Shown here: piece after piece, positions 15,465 to 15,485 of the stretch
Position numbering within the stretch: the stretch's first letter is position 1
Layout of the letters: every line of letters starts with the position of its first letter
Source of the DNA: Verrucomicrobiales bacterium
GTDB taxonomy: Bacteria; Verrucomicrobiota; Verrucomicrobiia; Verrucomicrobiales; V1-33
Reading direction: 5' to 3'
NCBI GenBank assembly: GCA_031411295.1
Contig: JANOAV010000163.1
Coordinates: 1 to 15,485 of the forward strand
Length of the DNA stretch: 15,485 nt
Made by a program: the position numbers and the translations under genes
The notes under the pieces: model-generated
What the model saw: the letters and a program-made list of their open reading frames with translations, nothing else
Told to the model about the DNA's origin: nothing
The model's database searches: none

Positions 15465-15485
15465 GCCCAGTGTTAGACACTGGGC
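15465..15485. other. Hairpin at the window edge (possibly truncated terminator or intercistronic stem)
   Basis: GCCCAGTGT-tag-ACACTGGGC, a perfect 9-bp stem ending at the last base. On the minus strand it is followed by cgggggcaactcttttacttt. Confidence 0.5.

Overview
Mostly core-genome window from a GC-rich bacterium, probably Verrucomicrobiota (inferred from protein families, SD-poor pyrimidine-rich leaders and REP type). In order: REP-like palindromes, tRNA-Pro(GGG), argC, a second REP-like pair, two tandem membrane-anchored helical-repeat paralogues, a 132-bp MITE-like element (19-bp TIRs, 9-bp flanking direct repeat) carrying an inverted REP doublet, a ~1150-aa PPi-dependent PEP carboxykinase, a bidirectional terminator, a ~1150-aa secreted modular beta-rich protein with a DxDGDG plus '...FYR' C-terminal domain, an MFS transporter, and an exported protein resembling the vitellogenin/MTP lipid-transfer N-terminal module plus HEAT-like repeats. 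No transposase, integrase or CRISPR array was seen. Most worth following up: the REP-carrying MITE, the lipid-transfer-like protein, the candidate C-terminal sorting domain and the helical-repeat pair. All family calls come from motif recognition by eye, not from database searches.
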